Below the pieces are notes generated by a model, which was given only the letters and a program-made list of their open reading frames with translations, did no database searches and was not told the DNA's origin. This document shows positions 38,029-50,789 of a DNA stretch of 64,000 nucleotides, one piece after another. The stretch covers positions 124,001-188,000 of the forward strand of contig JAPEUI010000017.1 in the NCBI GenBank assembly GCA_026025075.1, read 5' to 3'. The first letter of the stretch is position 1, and each line of letters opens with the position of its first letter. The translations under genes and the position numbers were made by a program. This DNA is from Vezdaea acicularis. Lineage: Eukaryota.

Positions 38029-41000
38029 GTTGAGGCTTCGAGAGCTTGACCAGGTCTCGTCGTAGTTGGATACCTTGAGGCCGTGAGGGAACAAAGAAGG
38101 TAGAATATGAATACCGGCGTTACGTCCTTCGGCGGAGACACTTCTTATACGCCTCACAGACCGCTGCAGGGTGCACTAAATCCTTTTGGTATCATCATGG
38201 AGGACATGGGGGCAAGGATCTAGCCGTGGTCCAACGAAGTCGGACAACCGCTACACACGCTTTCCATCAGCTTTGGAGATCGTTGTGAGTACACAACTCC
38301 GCCTTTCCCGGATCCGCTACGGCTTCTACGTCGCACCCCGGCGAAGCAGCCTAGTGATGTCTGAGCGTCGGTGGAGCGCCATCGCGTCCGAGCGGAAGCT
38401 AAGGGATATGAGAATATGACGTACCAACAAGCAGGATAGCTCGTTGGCAACGTCAGAAAGCTCGTTACACTGATTCCGGGTGCACCCTTCCGGGGGATCT
38501 TTGCGTAGTCGAAAGCATCGCGCTAGAGCTTCTCAGGAACAAGGGCGAAGCGCGCTAAAAGATCAATTATGGGTCCTGTCCCACCTCTGAGATGCAGGGC
38601 TTCGAAGAGGGGGCGAATGCTGAGTTAAGCAGCGCTCGAGCCTAAGAGCGCTGAGGAGACATCTCGTTGGAGGAGGGTGGAAAGAAGGGGGGGAGCCAAG
38701 GGGTTAATTGTTTTTTGGGGCAGTCTGCGCCTATCCGGTGCGGGGAAAGGACGCCGTGGCAACAGGTGACGGCTGGCCTCGGTTTACACTTCCAGGCCGG
38801 CTGAACTCTTGACAAATACCCGATACCTGTATGATGCAGTAGATGTCAGTGGGGGGAGGGAGAAGGGCGATTTGGAGCTTTGGCGCAAACAGGCGAGGAG
38901 TGGAGTGGTGGTCAGCGGATAACGCTAGTCGCGCGCACTGCCCGTTCGAGTTAGCTTTGGCCCGGCCGTGGGATGCCCTAGAAGAGTCGGATGTACCAGA
39001 ACACAAATTGGTATGATGCGCAATGCAGAGTTCAGACATCACAATCGTGTCCTGTTCGATCGACAATGCCGATGGGAGCGCGCATCACGATGTGGTAGGT
39101 AGGGGTGTGTAGTGCACCAACTCAAACGAGCTTTTTCTCGATATCACCCTCCAACCTACCGTCAGGGCCGCAGCAGGCTCAATCCCCTGCTGGGCTCAAT
39201 CTTCTTGCAGCCCCTTACTGTATCTTGCAGGGAACTATTATTTAGAGTTGCATTGAGCCGTGAAGCGTGGAAACAAAGCTGCTTACTAATGGTTTCGTCA
39301 GCCCTATGGAGCCATCGTCTGAAGCCACTCTATTGAGTTGGCCAGCGAGAGCTGACCTGCCCAATAGTGAAGAAAAATTCCTAATCCGGGACCTGTTAGC
39401 CCCCAATGTCTTAGCACGTGCTGCACGCCGTCTTACTTGTCTGCTTTTGAGTCAGGCATGGTTGCCGGCTCCTTCCTATCTCAGCTTGTCTAGGTGCTAC
39501 AAGATTGATGACAGGAATCAATGGCTTTCATATATTTTTCATTTTTTCTTTGGACACTCAGAGTACTTAGTGGCTCTGGCTGGAGGCTCTATGAGCGTAA
39601 CCTTTTGAGACGAATTAGCGCTAAGGTGGATAGATTTGCAAGCACATATCTATTCACCGCTGTCGAGGAAGTGGTCGAAGCAGCATGTTAGCATTCTACA
39701 CGGAAGTAATGGAGTATTGCACTCAATCTTTGAAATCTCTCAAATGCTGGTAAAGTCGACGGGACGCTATCGTAGTCTTTTGTATTATAGCGTGTTAGAT
39801 CTGTCGAAAGGGCCGAGCCGTGTTCAAGCAAATCCACAGGAAAAGCAGCGGAATGGTTTTTTGTAATGTATTCCGAAGGGCATATATTTAACGCGCCATA
39901 AATCTCCATAAAGTCATACAGGCCGAATAAGGCGAACTGACACTTCGCTCCGTCAGCTAGACTGGAAGGTCGTAAGAAGAGGCTCGTGCCTATTAAAGTC
40001 TTATGGGCGGAAAACGATGAAAGCTTTTAGGAGATGACCTGTGGAGACACCCTCCGTTCTCACGTTCCTGGAAAGAGTGCTAATTCGACTACCTCAGACG
40101 TGGCCAGTCTATCTAGTCGGATACGTGTTCCTTTTTCTTAACAGCTCATCTTGCATATAATCAAGATAGTTTTCTTTGATCTTCACGCGTCTCGTCGTAT
40201 CAGTCATCACGATGGCAGCGAACAGGTTTTTATTTCTAACCTATTATTCTACTAGTCGCTCTTGATGCAGTAAGTGCTATTGAAAACCTAGCGCATAGCA
40301 TCAAGTCCGACACCCTAGATGTGGCAGTTCAGACTCTTTGTACGTCCCTCAGTTCTATACTGGGCCACTACATTACAAATGAACACGGCCTTTGCATGGT
40401 CTCCAGAATGGTTTCCAACACACCCACACGGTCAGTAATCCTTCAGTGCCAAATGTGTCCTTTCAAACAATTCATGCTTGCAACAAAGATATTTCGATAT
40501 CTACAAATAACGCTGTAAGCAACGTCGTTGAGAGCTCAGTTTGGAAAGAAAAGTCCTCATTGCTCCGGCCCTAAAAGACATCGAGACGAAGCCGAGTGAG
40601 ATCATGCCGTAAAGGATCTCGGTGGTAATCGCGGAGTGGGCTGAGGCCCTCGCCCTTCGGGGAAACCGAAAACCTCAGCCCTGACGGAAATTGAAATCTT
40701 GACTAGTCGTTAGGGAGGCAGAGACTGTGGCGGGGTTCTAGTATAGATTATACTGTCTTCGACAGCGATTTCATTTTCCGATCGAACGGGCTCTGCTGGC
40801 CCCCTATTCGCTGTTCTTAGAATATTTCGAGAGCGTAACGCTTTTCTTTTTGCTTGTTTCAAGAACTAAGGAACCACAACCCTTGTTGGTTGGCTGTGCT
40901 CACGCATTTCTTATCAGTCTCTCATCAGACTGCTGTTTCTCCCTCGCGATTTTGCTGACTTGAAGCCCGAGCGGTTTCAGCTAGTCGTGCAGAGATCTAA

Positions 41001-41301
41001 TGATTAGTTTTGGTCTTGCGCTTCTAAACGCATATGACAATATGTTGACGACTCATACCTTATCTCCATAGACGTTAGGATTGATTTGTCTGCAGACCGT
41101 CTCAATTAGCTGATGTTGAGAAGACTTGTTTAGGATATGCATATCTTGAAAGAAAGGCCCGGCCAAGGGAATGGGTGAAGCTACTCAAGCCAAGAAAAGC
41201 CGGGCATGCATCTTAAGAGTATCCACCTCCAATCTAATTGAAAATTTCCAAACTACGGCACCTACAATGTCCGTTGAGATATTAAATACTATTTTCTCTG
41301 C

Positions 41302-42007
41302 TCACAACCCATCCAGCACACTCTCCAGTGGCACGTTCCACCACCACCCAGCAACCGCCATTCCCGCCACACTCATAATCAGCGCCATCAGAAAGTTGAC
41401 CGCGTTATTATCCAGGAGCCCCAACCCGCTCACCACCTTCCTGCTCGGCTCCCTCTCCGTGTATTGATCTTGCACCGGCCTATCCACCTTCGAATCCTTC
41501 CCCTCACCTTTCCCCACCCTCGACCGCACCTCGGCCCGCTTGCGCCACCACTTTCCATCCTCCGAGACCAGGACTTTCGCGCCATTATCCCCTTCCACAA
41601 CCTTGCCCGAACGCACGTCAATGACGGAAGCTTGCAGCCACCCGCCGAGGAAGCTATCGATCAGGCTACCTAGACCGCCCCATAGCGTGACGGCCACGAT
41701 GAAAGTCGCTCTGTCGACCAAGCTCCAGCCGGCGGTCGGGCTGTCTGTGGTTGCGCAGAAGGGCAGGAAGACGGCGGAGGTGAGCGCGATGGTGAAGGCA
41801 CCGAGCAAGCCAGCGAGGAGGCCAGTCAGGGTGACGCCGCCATTTGTGCCGGGCGGGACGGTGCGCAGAGTTGGGGAAGTGATGAGCCGTGGGGATGTGC
41901 GCGAGAGGATCCCGAGCTCGCTGGAGAAGGTGTCGGCGGCGACTGCGGCATAGTTACTAGATTAAAAGAATACCAATCAGTACGGTTGCGACCTATTTGG
42001 GCATGTG

Positions 42008-42040
<33 letters not shown>

Positions 42041-42495
42041 CAATGGAGCTTCAAGACGGTAGAACAGGGGGCTACTTACGCCACAATCCCCACAACTAAC
42101 AAATCCTGCCCTCGCGACCAGCAATCCCCCCTTCTCGTCTTCATCGCACCATAGCTCTCCCAACCCTGCCCCAAACTCCGCGTATGCACCCCAATCAGCA
42201 TGCTCGCAACCGCAGAGTTCGCCAGGACCTGTACTGCACTGCGCGGGCCTGCATCACCAGAACCGCCGGCGGCGCCGAGCGTCAGCCGCGCTTTCTCCGC
42301 ATGCTTGATCTTAGTCACGCGTGTCCCGCCGAGGAAGAAAACACACAGTAGCAGAAAGGGAAGGGACCACGGATGTAGCGCATGGATGGTAGCGGTCAGT
42401 GTTGCGGCGAGAATGCCTAGGGGCGTGAGGGAGCGGTGCGAGTAAGCGCGGTAGATGAGGGCGCAGGTTGCGGGGACGGCGATGAGAGGGTGCAT
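41302..42495 (-). CDS. DUF92/TMEM19-family integral membrane protein
   Basis: SLTPLGI, FFLGGTRVTK, RSAVQVLANS; intron 41957-42079; NYAAVAADTFSSELGI, VPPGTNGGVTLTG, GSLIDSFLGGWLQ, LLDNNAVN. Confidence 0.9.
42009..42040. repeat. (GAT)10 microsatellite inside the DUF92 gene intron
   Basis: Perfect gat run seen directly. Confidence 0.95.
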
Positions 42496-45071
42496 GATAT
42501 TGCGGGTTTGGGGGACTACTTGAGGTCGGGAAGTCGAAGGGGGGTCGGAGGAGTGGAAGGACGTTAAGGAGCTTCTTGCAGGAGATAGGGCTGGAGTTTA
42601 AGGGTTATGTTGTCGGTATTCGGATGGGGTTAGGATTCCGTGAGAGAGAAGTGGCTGAAAACGCCATCCCGCTTAGTCGAGGTGGGGGTGGCGTTGCGTA
42701 TGAGGCTGGTAGAACGCGGGGGGGCTTCTATAGGCGTCAATTACATCAATAGTGCAGAGTGTTTTCATTTCTGACAATGCAGAAAGGAACCTTATGTATT
42801 TGAATGAGTGTGTTGGTATTGAGATATCATACGTCATCGGAGATAGTAGAAGTGGACAGCCCTCGCCTCGCTAAGATAGTACCGTACTCTGAGCAGCGCC
42901 GAGCAGAATTCTGAAGGAGATTCTGTTCAGGGCACTTGAATATCGACTTTATCGACAGAGCAGGCCCAAAGGTATGGGAAGTTCTATATATGGCTCTGGC
43001 TTCCGCGAGACCCGAGCCTGGCACTCTGCTCGTGAGATTAGATGAACATGAGGCGATGGTCTCGCTCTTGAAATATGCCCCTGTAACACATCAACATGTC
43101 CTGTGTAATTTGTCTCCTACGCCCCACCAGCTGAGGATTTCTTAGTTTGAATGCATGTGGCCAACCTCCCAGGGTGCTTTCACAGCTTCGTAAGAGGGTC
43201 GTTGTCTGGAAGACGCTCAAGGGACTATTCTCGGATTGAGCGGCTTGCCTTGAGTAGCGTTGCACTAGGTTAGCCCCCCTTAGTGTATATCCCGGAGGGG
43301 TTCGCTGAAGATAAAAGAAGCTGGTGTGGCTGACTGGTGTTGTGGAGCGTGGTTGGGTGTGGACCCTGCAATGATCCTACGGCGCGGAGCTCTATGCCAG
43401 CCACTGGCCCGTGAGCAAAAGGATCACTCGACGCCCGTGGAAAACTGGAAGCTTTGGCCAAAAAACCACGTCAACACAAATGGGAGACCAGAACCCCAGC
43501 GCTTGAAAATGTTATATTTTTCCTGGGCGGTAATTGCGTCCGTGCCTTTGCTTCGGGTGGGGAGTAGGGTGGGCGGGGTGTCTTCGTCATGATTCATGGG
43601 TGCTGAATGGCGTTGCCATGACATTGTCCTTGTTTGCCAGCTATTACCGTACCTTGCCAGACCCCTCTTTCTTGCTCAATCAGACCGTTCAAAGAGACGA
43701 GCCGTGTTGCGTCTCACGCGGTATAAGTCTTGATGGGTACATAAGTAGACCGGGGCAATACCGCATTATTGCAATTGGAGAGCTTCGCTGTCAACACTGC
43801 TGGAGACGCCGCTTTCTCGTAAAGATTTGGCCAATTCGCTCTTCTCTTGCCAATGCCTTGGGCGTGCGATAAAGCGCAGCATTTCGCCGACAATTGCGGT
43901 TCGTGGCAACGTGCTATCATCTCTGCAGTCATCATTCGCAACTAGCGCGCGTTCCACTTGGCCAAGGAGAGTTCCCCGCATCCTGGAAGTCGACGCTAGC
44001 GGGGTGGCTGCAGCGGTGAAAGTCTGCAACTAAAGCACCAAAGGTCTTGTTTGTTGCCTCGGACTGGAGGCTGGCCAACCGTGCTGGTCTGTGACGATCG
44101 TAATGTGAGTGGTATGGGGCGTCGAAGTAGATGGCAAAAGGCAAGCTCACGAGCGGGTCAAAGCAACCCGCCAAGGAGGCTAGCGCGCTCAGTCTTCCAG
44201 CCCTCGCCGAGAGGTTTCGTCGTTCCTCGGACGACGTGAGGATGCTGCCTCCTCGAGAGCATCAGATGGGCACGTACCAGCGGGACATGATGAGACGCCG
44301 GAGAGAAAATCATCTGGTTCCTTCTAGAGCAGATGCTCATGCTTAGGAGAGGGGCCAACTTGCCACTTACCAAGACGTTCACCGAACATATGCGGAGCGG
44401 AACGCCGCCAGCCATCGCTCACCCCCCTCCACCCCCCTCCGTCCGCGCTAAAGGGCTAGTCACAACCCTTCCGGCGCAACCGTCCGTCTCTCAACCGCAT
44501 CAGCTCTATTTTCATCGATTCACAGTGATTGACATCACCACCGAAGAGAGCTCCTCCGGCGTTGGATACGAGAGAATTGCCGACTTCCGCTGCTCGAGAA
44601 AACCATTGTGCCCTCTATGTCGACCTAGCTCTTGGGCTTGCGTGTCTGCGAAAGATCGGGCTAGCCCTTGCCATCTTATTGCCCGTTCTGGAGGCTGGGC
44701 ACGCGACCACGGCGCTGTCCATGATCCGGGCACAATCAATCCACGGCTGGACGGACAGTGCGAAGGGGCAGGATCAGATGTATCCTGCCTCCCAAAGTGT
44801 ACTGTCTATGACAGACGTAATGCGCAGCGTGGGCATTACTTAGTCCACCCACGTTCCACTCTGAATTCCTTTCTATCCTTTCTCTTCCATCCCTCATCTC
44901 CACAGCTCCACAGAAGAAGATCACTCGCTATCTTCTCATACATTGATACTTGAAGCCCTTCGTTTGGCTTGATATATATACGCTCTACTTTAACACCATC
45001 GCAGCTGGTTCTCTTGCTGGCCCTGACCCTTTCGTTATAAGCAGAACAGGCATTTTGCCAGTCGTTTCAAA

Positions 45072-46113
45072 ATGCTCTATCGTCGTGCTCTTCTCGTCGC
45101 TGCTGCGGCTGGCGTGAATGCCATCCCAGCTCCAATGCCCCAAGGGGTCACTGTTGCCATTGCTCCATCAGAGTCAGCACCCGCCGGCTGTGCTACAGAT
45201 TTCGCCGGCAGCTTCGGTATTGCGGTTATGAGTGGTACCGGCTCAGCAGGTGCAGCTTCGGTATCTCAGACTGTTGACGGTCAACCACAGGCGGGCACTA
45301 GTGCTGCCCCAGTCTCTCAAATTGTATGACCTTCAATTGGATACTATCAGCAGAATATGACTAATGCACTCCTAGACCGATGGTCAGCCACAAGCTGGCA
45401 CTGCGTCTGTTGTTCCAGTCACCCAAATCACGGATGGACAAGTCCAGGCTACCACCAACCCTACAGTGGTCATGATGGCCCCAATCACCCAGATAAGCGA
45501 CGGTCAAGTCCAAGGCGCTACCCATGTAGTCACGATGATGGCTGTCAGCCAGATTGGTGACGGTCAAGTGCAAGCTCCACATGCCACCTTCTCTGTCGTC
45601 TCACAAATATCAGATGGCCAACCACAAGCCCCAACGGGTACCGCTGCTCCTGTATCTCAGATCACTGATGGTCAACCACAAGCCCCGACAGGCAGTGCCT
45701 CACCCGTATCGCAGATCTCAGACGGCCAGCCACAGGCACCCACGGGCACTGCTGTCTCTCAGATCTCCGACGGACAGCCACAAGCATCCGCAGGGGCCAG
45801 TGTCGCCATGGTCGCTTGCGCGAATAACGATACTCTTGCGTTGACTCTCGAGGGTAGTGTGCTCCTCGATGCCCAGGGTCGGACAGGATACATCGCTGCA
45901 AACTACCAGTTCCAGTTTGACAAGCCAGCTCAAACAGGCGCTATCTTTACCAGCGGCTTCAGCGTCTGCAGCAACGGCAGTCTCGCTCTCGGCGGGTCCA
46001 CGGTCTTCTATCAATGTCTCTCTGGGAACTTCTACAATCTCTACGACCGTTCTTGGGCGCCTCAGTGTGAGCCTATCACTATTTCCGTCGTGACGCTCCA
46101 GACTTGCGCGTAG
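45072..46113 (+). CDS. PIR (protein with internal repeats) cell-wall protein, Pir/Cis3 family
   Basis: Signal peptide; intron 45324-45375; nine (S/T)QxxDGQ(P/V)Q(A/G) repeats; four-Cys C-domain DAQGRTGYIAANYQFQFD..FSVCSNGSLALG..FYQCLSGNFYNLY..QC. Confidence 0.93.
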
Positions 46114-47370
46114 GGATCACCTTGAGGAGACAATCCTTGGATGGTAAAAGTCCATGAACCCCCTACTTCATCCCTTTAAAAATTCAATTCTTCTATTAAT
46201 ATTAGTGTGTGGAGCATTTCAGTGCCAGTCGCAGGGCTTCCAGTATATGGACGTTCCTATCAGCTTGGGCATGTCTTTCACGAATTATGTATATATTTGT
46301 TGTCGCAACCTCAACGCCGCCTGGGGAGTGGTAGCGACCCCAATTTGCTTTCTGTATGGCGAGCACATACTAGTTGCATCTGTTCCAATTTAATTCATAT
46401 AATACAAGCCGATTTGGATCTGAATATCTATCCCGCGCACACTCTTCCTCACGTAGCTGTGCCGTTGGCGATTTCTCCACCTGACCATCGACCGAAACGG
46501 TCTAGACCCTTCCGAAAAGGGCAGCCTCCCAAAAGCCCAGATTAGGCGTAACCTCCGTGTGATAACGCTGCCGGCCCTACTATCGCGCTTCATGTCGACA
46601 CTCCAGGACGATCAATGGAAAATGTCATACTCGGAACATGCTCCAGATGATGAAAACGAAAGAGTTGCGGAAAAACACGCCGTCATTGCTCGGCAGCAGC
46701 ATCACCGTCGCGGCGCCTCCATCCCGTGGCTGCATCGACGATTAGCGGGCGGCGCCCACGCATCGTGCCGTAAACTTTCTCAAGAGCTCAAAGGCTAATA
46801 AAAGTTGACCTGCCGATCCTTTCGATCCATCCCTCGTTTTGTCGGCTGCACTGCGAACCTTTCACCCTGACTGAAGACTGCTCGTCCGCGTCCAAGCATT
46901 TCCTCTCTTTACCCCTCGTTCGTCTTGAGCTCATTATCTGCCTGTATCGCCATTGGTTCGGTCCGCTCGCTAAGGAAGAGCTCGGTCTATCAACTTCGAA
47001 TCCTCCGCCACCAAACACCTGCTCGGACGAGCCCACCGACTCGGGCCCCCAGCTTCCAGACCTCCAACTTTCCCAATAACATCAACCGCCCGTTGCGCAG
47101 AACTCTTTAAGGGTTCGCCGCCCATCCTATTTCAAAATTCAGTCTCCGGCGTCACTCGCGTCAATACTACAACCCGCGCCGAAGAGCACTGGGCAACCTC
47201 AAGACCCTACCGCACCATCGCCACGATTACAGGAGCTTTACCCACATTCAATACCATCGCCAACTTCGTCACACCATGGCCCCAGTTGTGCACCTTCCAC
47301 GCTAGTAGAGACTTCCGTTTCGAGCGTAGGCAGTCCTGTCACGACGGCAGCGACACCGCCGCACCACAAG

Positions 47371-50322
47371 ATGCGCTCTAGCATTGCCTGCGCGAGATGT
47401 CGGAGGAGCAAGATCAAGTGTATAAATGCCGGTGTCAACACTACGTGTAGGGCATGTGAGACAGCAGGGAGGGAGTGTACCTACCCTGCTCCTCAGCCAC
47501 CAAGCCAAGCATCGGCGAAGAGGGACGCAGCAGCTGCGATTGGAGCTGGGGGGCACAGGGAGGTGCCAGCCAAGAGATCTCGGCCCAGGAAAAGTCTGGG
47601 AACAAATACAGTGGTGAGCACGAACGAAAGTCCGAGGGCTTTAGAGGAGGCTCTCGACTCGTCGCTTCTTACGCCCAAAGTTTGGAACGACCTCTTCGAC
47701 ATCTTCTCCTTACATTTCTCAACCGACTTGCCCTTTCTCCACGCCCCAACTTTTCTTCAGCCCCTGCGAATGGCAGCGATGCCTCAAACAGTGGGCATAT
47801 ACGATCATGAGCGGAACAGTCCCAGTCCACAGTTACTCGCATCACCCATGTTGCTGCTGGGGGTTCTCACACTCACCGCCCGTTTCCATACACAGCTCGT
47901 TACACACCATTCGCCGCCAACCCCTACGCGGCCTTCTAATCCTCTAGTTGCATCCGAATACTATGCGAGTGCATTGAAGTCCCAGTTTGTCACTCAGCAT
48001 GAATTGATCGGTCAACCGAGTCTTGATCGAATACAGGCATTGCTGATGTTGGGCCTACATGAGTGGGGCATGTGTCGAGGGGTCACGGCTTGGATACATG
48101 TAGGCATTGCAACGAGAATGTCACAAGCCATGGGCCTTCAATTCGAGCGCGATTTGGATGACGAGCCAGAAGCTCTATCGTCAGCCCTTCGTAGCGAAGC
48201 AGCTCATCTTGGCGTGAATGCAGACCGCAGAGGCTCTCGGAACGAGAAACTGGCTACAGACAATACCTTCACCAATCAAGAGATTCGAAGGCGGACTTTC
48301 TGGAGCTGTTTCCTCATGGACCGTTACCTGAGTAGTGGAAAATTTCGCCCACAAATGATCAACGTCCATGATTTGCGAATACAACTTCCTAGTTCAGATA
48401 AGGCTTTCCTCTTCGGGGAGCAAGTGGAGACTAGGACACTTAGCGAAGAGCTTGAGGATGCAAGCATGACCGCCAATTCAGAGAGCCATCCTCCTACACG
48501 CCGCGCACGACATGAGAATGGCCAGGGCAACGGTGAGGCAGGGCGTTTAGAGGCTGGAGCTGACGAGGGTGTCTTGAGCCGTGTCGTGAAGATCGTCGAG
48601 ATCTGGGGCCGAATAGCAAAGTGGTCATGCGGTGGTGGGAGGAGGTGAGTTTTGGAGCCGTCCTGGTGAAGATGATGACTGACAGGGGTTAGGACCGATC
48701 ATCACGCTCCATGGGATCACAGGAGCACATTCTATATGCTGCGGAAGCTGCTCTCCCAGTTTCATGATTCTCTACCCCGAAGCCTAATGTTCTCCCACGT
48801 AAATACATCAGCATACATCGCATCAAAGCTACCCACGTCGTACACCTTAATGCACACTGTTTATTTCCTGTGCTTAATACTTCTACATCGCGAGTATGTT
48901 CCATTTATCCCTCTTCGGGTCTCAAAACCGGAAGGACCCTTGGACCCACCCCTGCTGGACCCAAATGATGTCCCTGAAGGCTTCTGGGAGCAAAGCGCTC
49001 GCGAGTGCTTTAAGGCCTCGAGCGATATGATGGACCTTGTAAAGAATTGCCAGGAGTGGGGTGTACTAGTGGAGACTCCCATCATTGGATTTGCAATCTA
49101 TACAGCGTCCTTCAACGGGATCTATTGCACAAACTTCCCCCACATGGATCCAGAAGGATACATGTCTTCAGCACCTCGCGAGAACCGCGACACTCTTTCC
49201 CCGAACCATAGATATCGAGACACTTCGGAAGATGGTCGTGGCGCTGAGCAAGCCCGCAGAGCACTCGAGATCTTAGCCCACATGCGACCACGTCTGAAAA
49301 TGGCAGATGGCTGGTGCAGAACTATCCGACGTATGCACAGCTACTTCTCGAAAATGAAGCGGGACTACACTCGCAATACGCGTGCACTCGCCTCTTCCTC
49401 AGAGAGCGAGGGCTCCCCGACAACAAATCGCCACCTCAGTCTTCGAGAAGGCGGACTGGGAGGCGGCCTTCAGGAGTACAAGCTCCTCGAGAAGATTCTG
49501 AAAGAGTTCGGCAGCCTCGAAAATGACGAGCCAGACACGACCCACTTCTCTGCGGATAAGCGCCCTCTCCTTGACGACAGTGATGCAGGCAGTGCAGTTG
49601 TCAAAAGCGAAGCCACAGACGGCGGGGAAGGACCATCACAAATAAACACTAGCGCTGCCACCTCTCGTAGCGACGGGTCAAACTCCTTCAGCGCCATCAA
49701 CGTTGAGCATCAGCACCGGCCGGTTGGTATATCCACCCTACCAAGCCAGCAGCAGCACGCCCAACAACAGCCCCAACAACAGCAACAGCAACAGCAGCAA
49801 GCTATTTACCAGCCATCGAGTAACTTCCCTACCTACCAGTCACAACAATACTACCACCAGCAGCAACCAGTAGCAAACAGCACCACCTCCCCCAACCCGC
49901 CTTCTCTAATTTCCCCTACCACACAACTGACCACCACACCCCTCAACTCCCCGTTCCCTCGCCCTAACGGCGGAAGCCAAGGGCACTACCAAACCTACCC
50001 GCACCACCCTCCGTACGGCCACGAGCCGCCCTCCACACAACCGCGCCATAATTCATACCCCCACCCCACCTACCAGCAAGCCCATGACCCATCCTCCGCA
50101 GCAGGCGGTATGCACCCCCCCGCAGCGAATCCAGGCTGGAACGCCGAGGCGAAGGAGACGTGGTTGCACAATCTGCCAACGGGCATGCCGGCGCTGGACG
50201 TGGTTTCTTTTATGGATGGGAGCAGCCTTGGCGCTGACGGCGCCTTCCAGGCCACAGATCCTAGCTGGGCAGCGGTCTATGGTGGTGACGGGAATTATGG
50301 CGGGACCGGTGGGGCGTTGTAA
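47371..50322 (+). CDS. Zn(II)2Cys6 transcription factor with a fungal-specific TF domain and a Q/P-rich tail
   Basis: CARCRRSKIKC..CRACETAGREC; LPFLHAPTF; EIRRRTFWSCFLMDR; intron 48645-48692 joins ORFs 47371-48648 and 48736-50322. Confidence 0.93.
49747..49800 (+). repeat. Imperfect CAG/CAA poly-Gln tract
   Basis: Encodes QQQHAQQQPQQQQQQQQQ. Confidence 0.85.
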
Positions 50323-50789
50323 ACGGTGTAAATGGTGTTAATGGGGTGAGGGGGGTCTGGAGAGCGGATTAGGGGATCGACAGGAAGAGGAGAGACGGTG
50401 GCCGGTGTGATTACATAGGTTGGTATGGCGCGGTTTTTTGTATTTTTTGTATTTTCAAAGGTTGCGATTTTGGAGGTAGAGTAACATTTTGTGGATGTAC
50501 ACGATAAGGTTGTCACTGTATATATGGGATAGGGATTTTGCCATTTCACGCCTAGGCGCCCATATAGCGAGACGGGACTGGTGTTTGAGGTATTCTATAT
50601 TATATACTAGAGATACGATTTTCTCGTTTCATCCCTGCAAAGGGATTATAGATAGAAACATCAATCAACTGCTTAGCCAGCCAGCGAGGCTTCATGTAAC
50701 GCATTGCCGCGTCTGGAAACTGCGGCCTGAGTTGCCCAAGGTCCTCAAATTTCCCCCTGCTACTCGTATTCTTCTTTCGAGAAACTCCT

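Noticed and set aside
40212..40518. Possible frameshifted small secreted gene (MAANRFLFLT / IILLVALDAVSA..)
   Set aside because: It needs an assumed frameshift, no clean splice model emerged, and there is no recognisable domain.
40510..40800. SRP RNA (cgctgtaa start), RNase MRP (gaaaagtcc), hammerhead (ctga..gaaa), TPP riboswitch or group I intron core
   Set aside because: Each has only one partial motif. There is no SRP helix-8 AGCA motif, no convincing P4 partner, no CUGANGA core, no CUGAGA and no P7 pairing.
38160..41300. Telomerase RNA in the 3-kb gap
   Set aside because: I found no TAACCCTAA-type template on either strand by eye.
42827..44953. Many short overlapping ORFs, including the 206-aa ORF at 44333-44953
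   Set aside because: No recognisable motifs or consistent exon structure; the region fits a long PIR promoter ending in a CT-rich tract.
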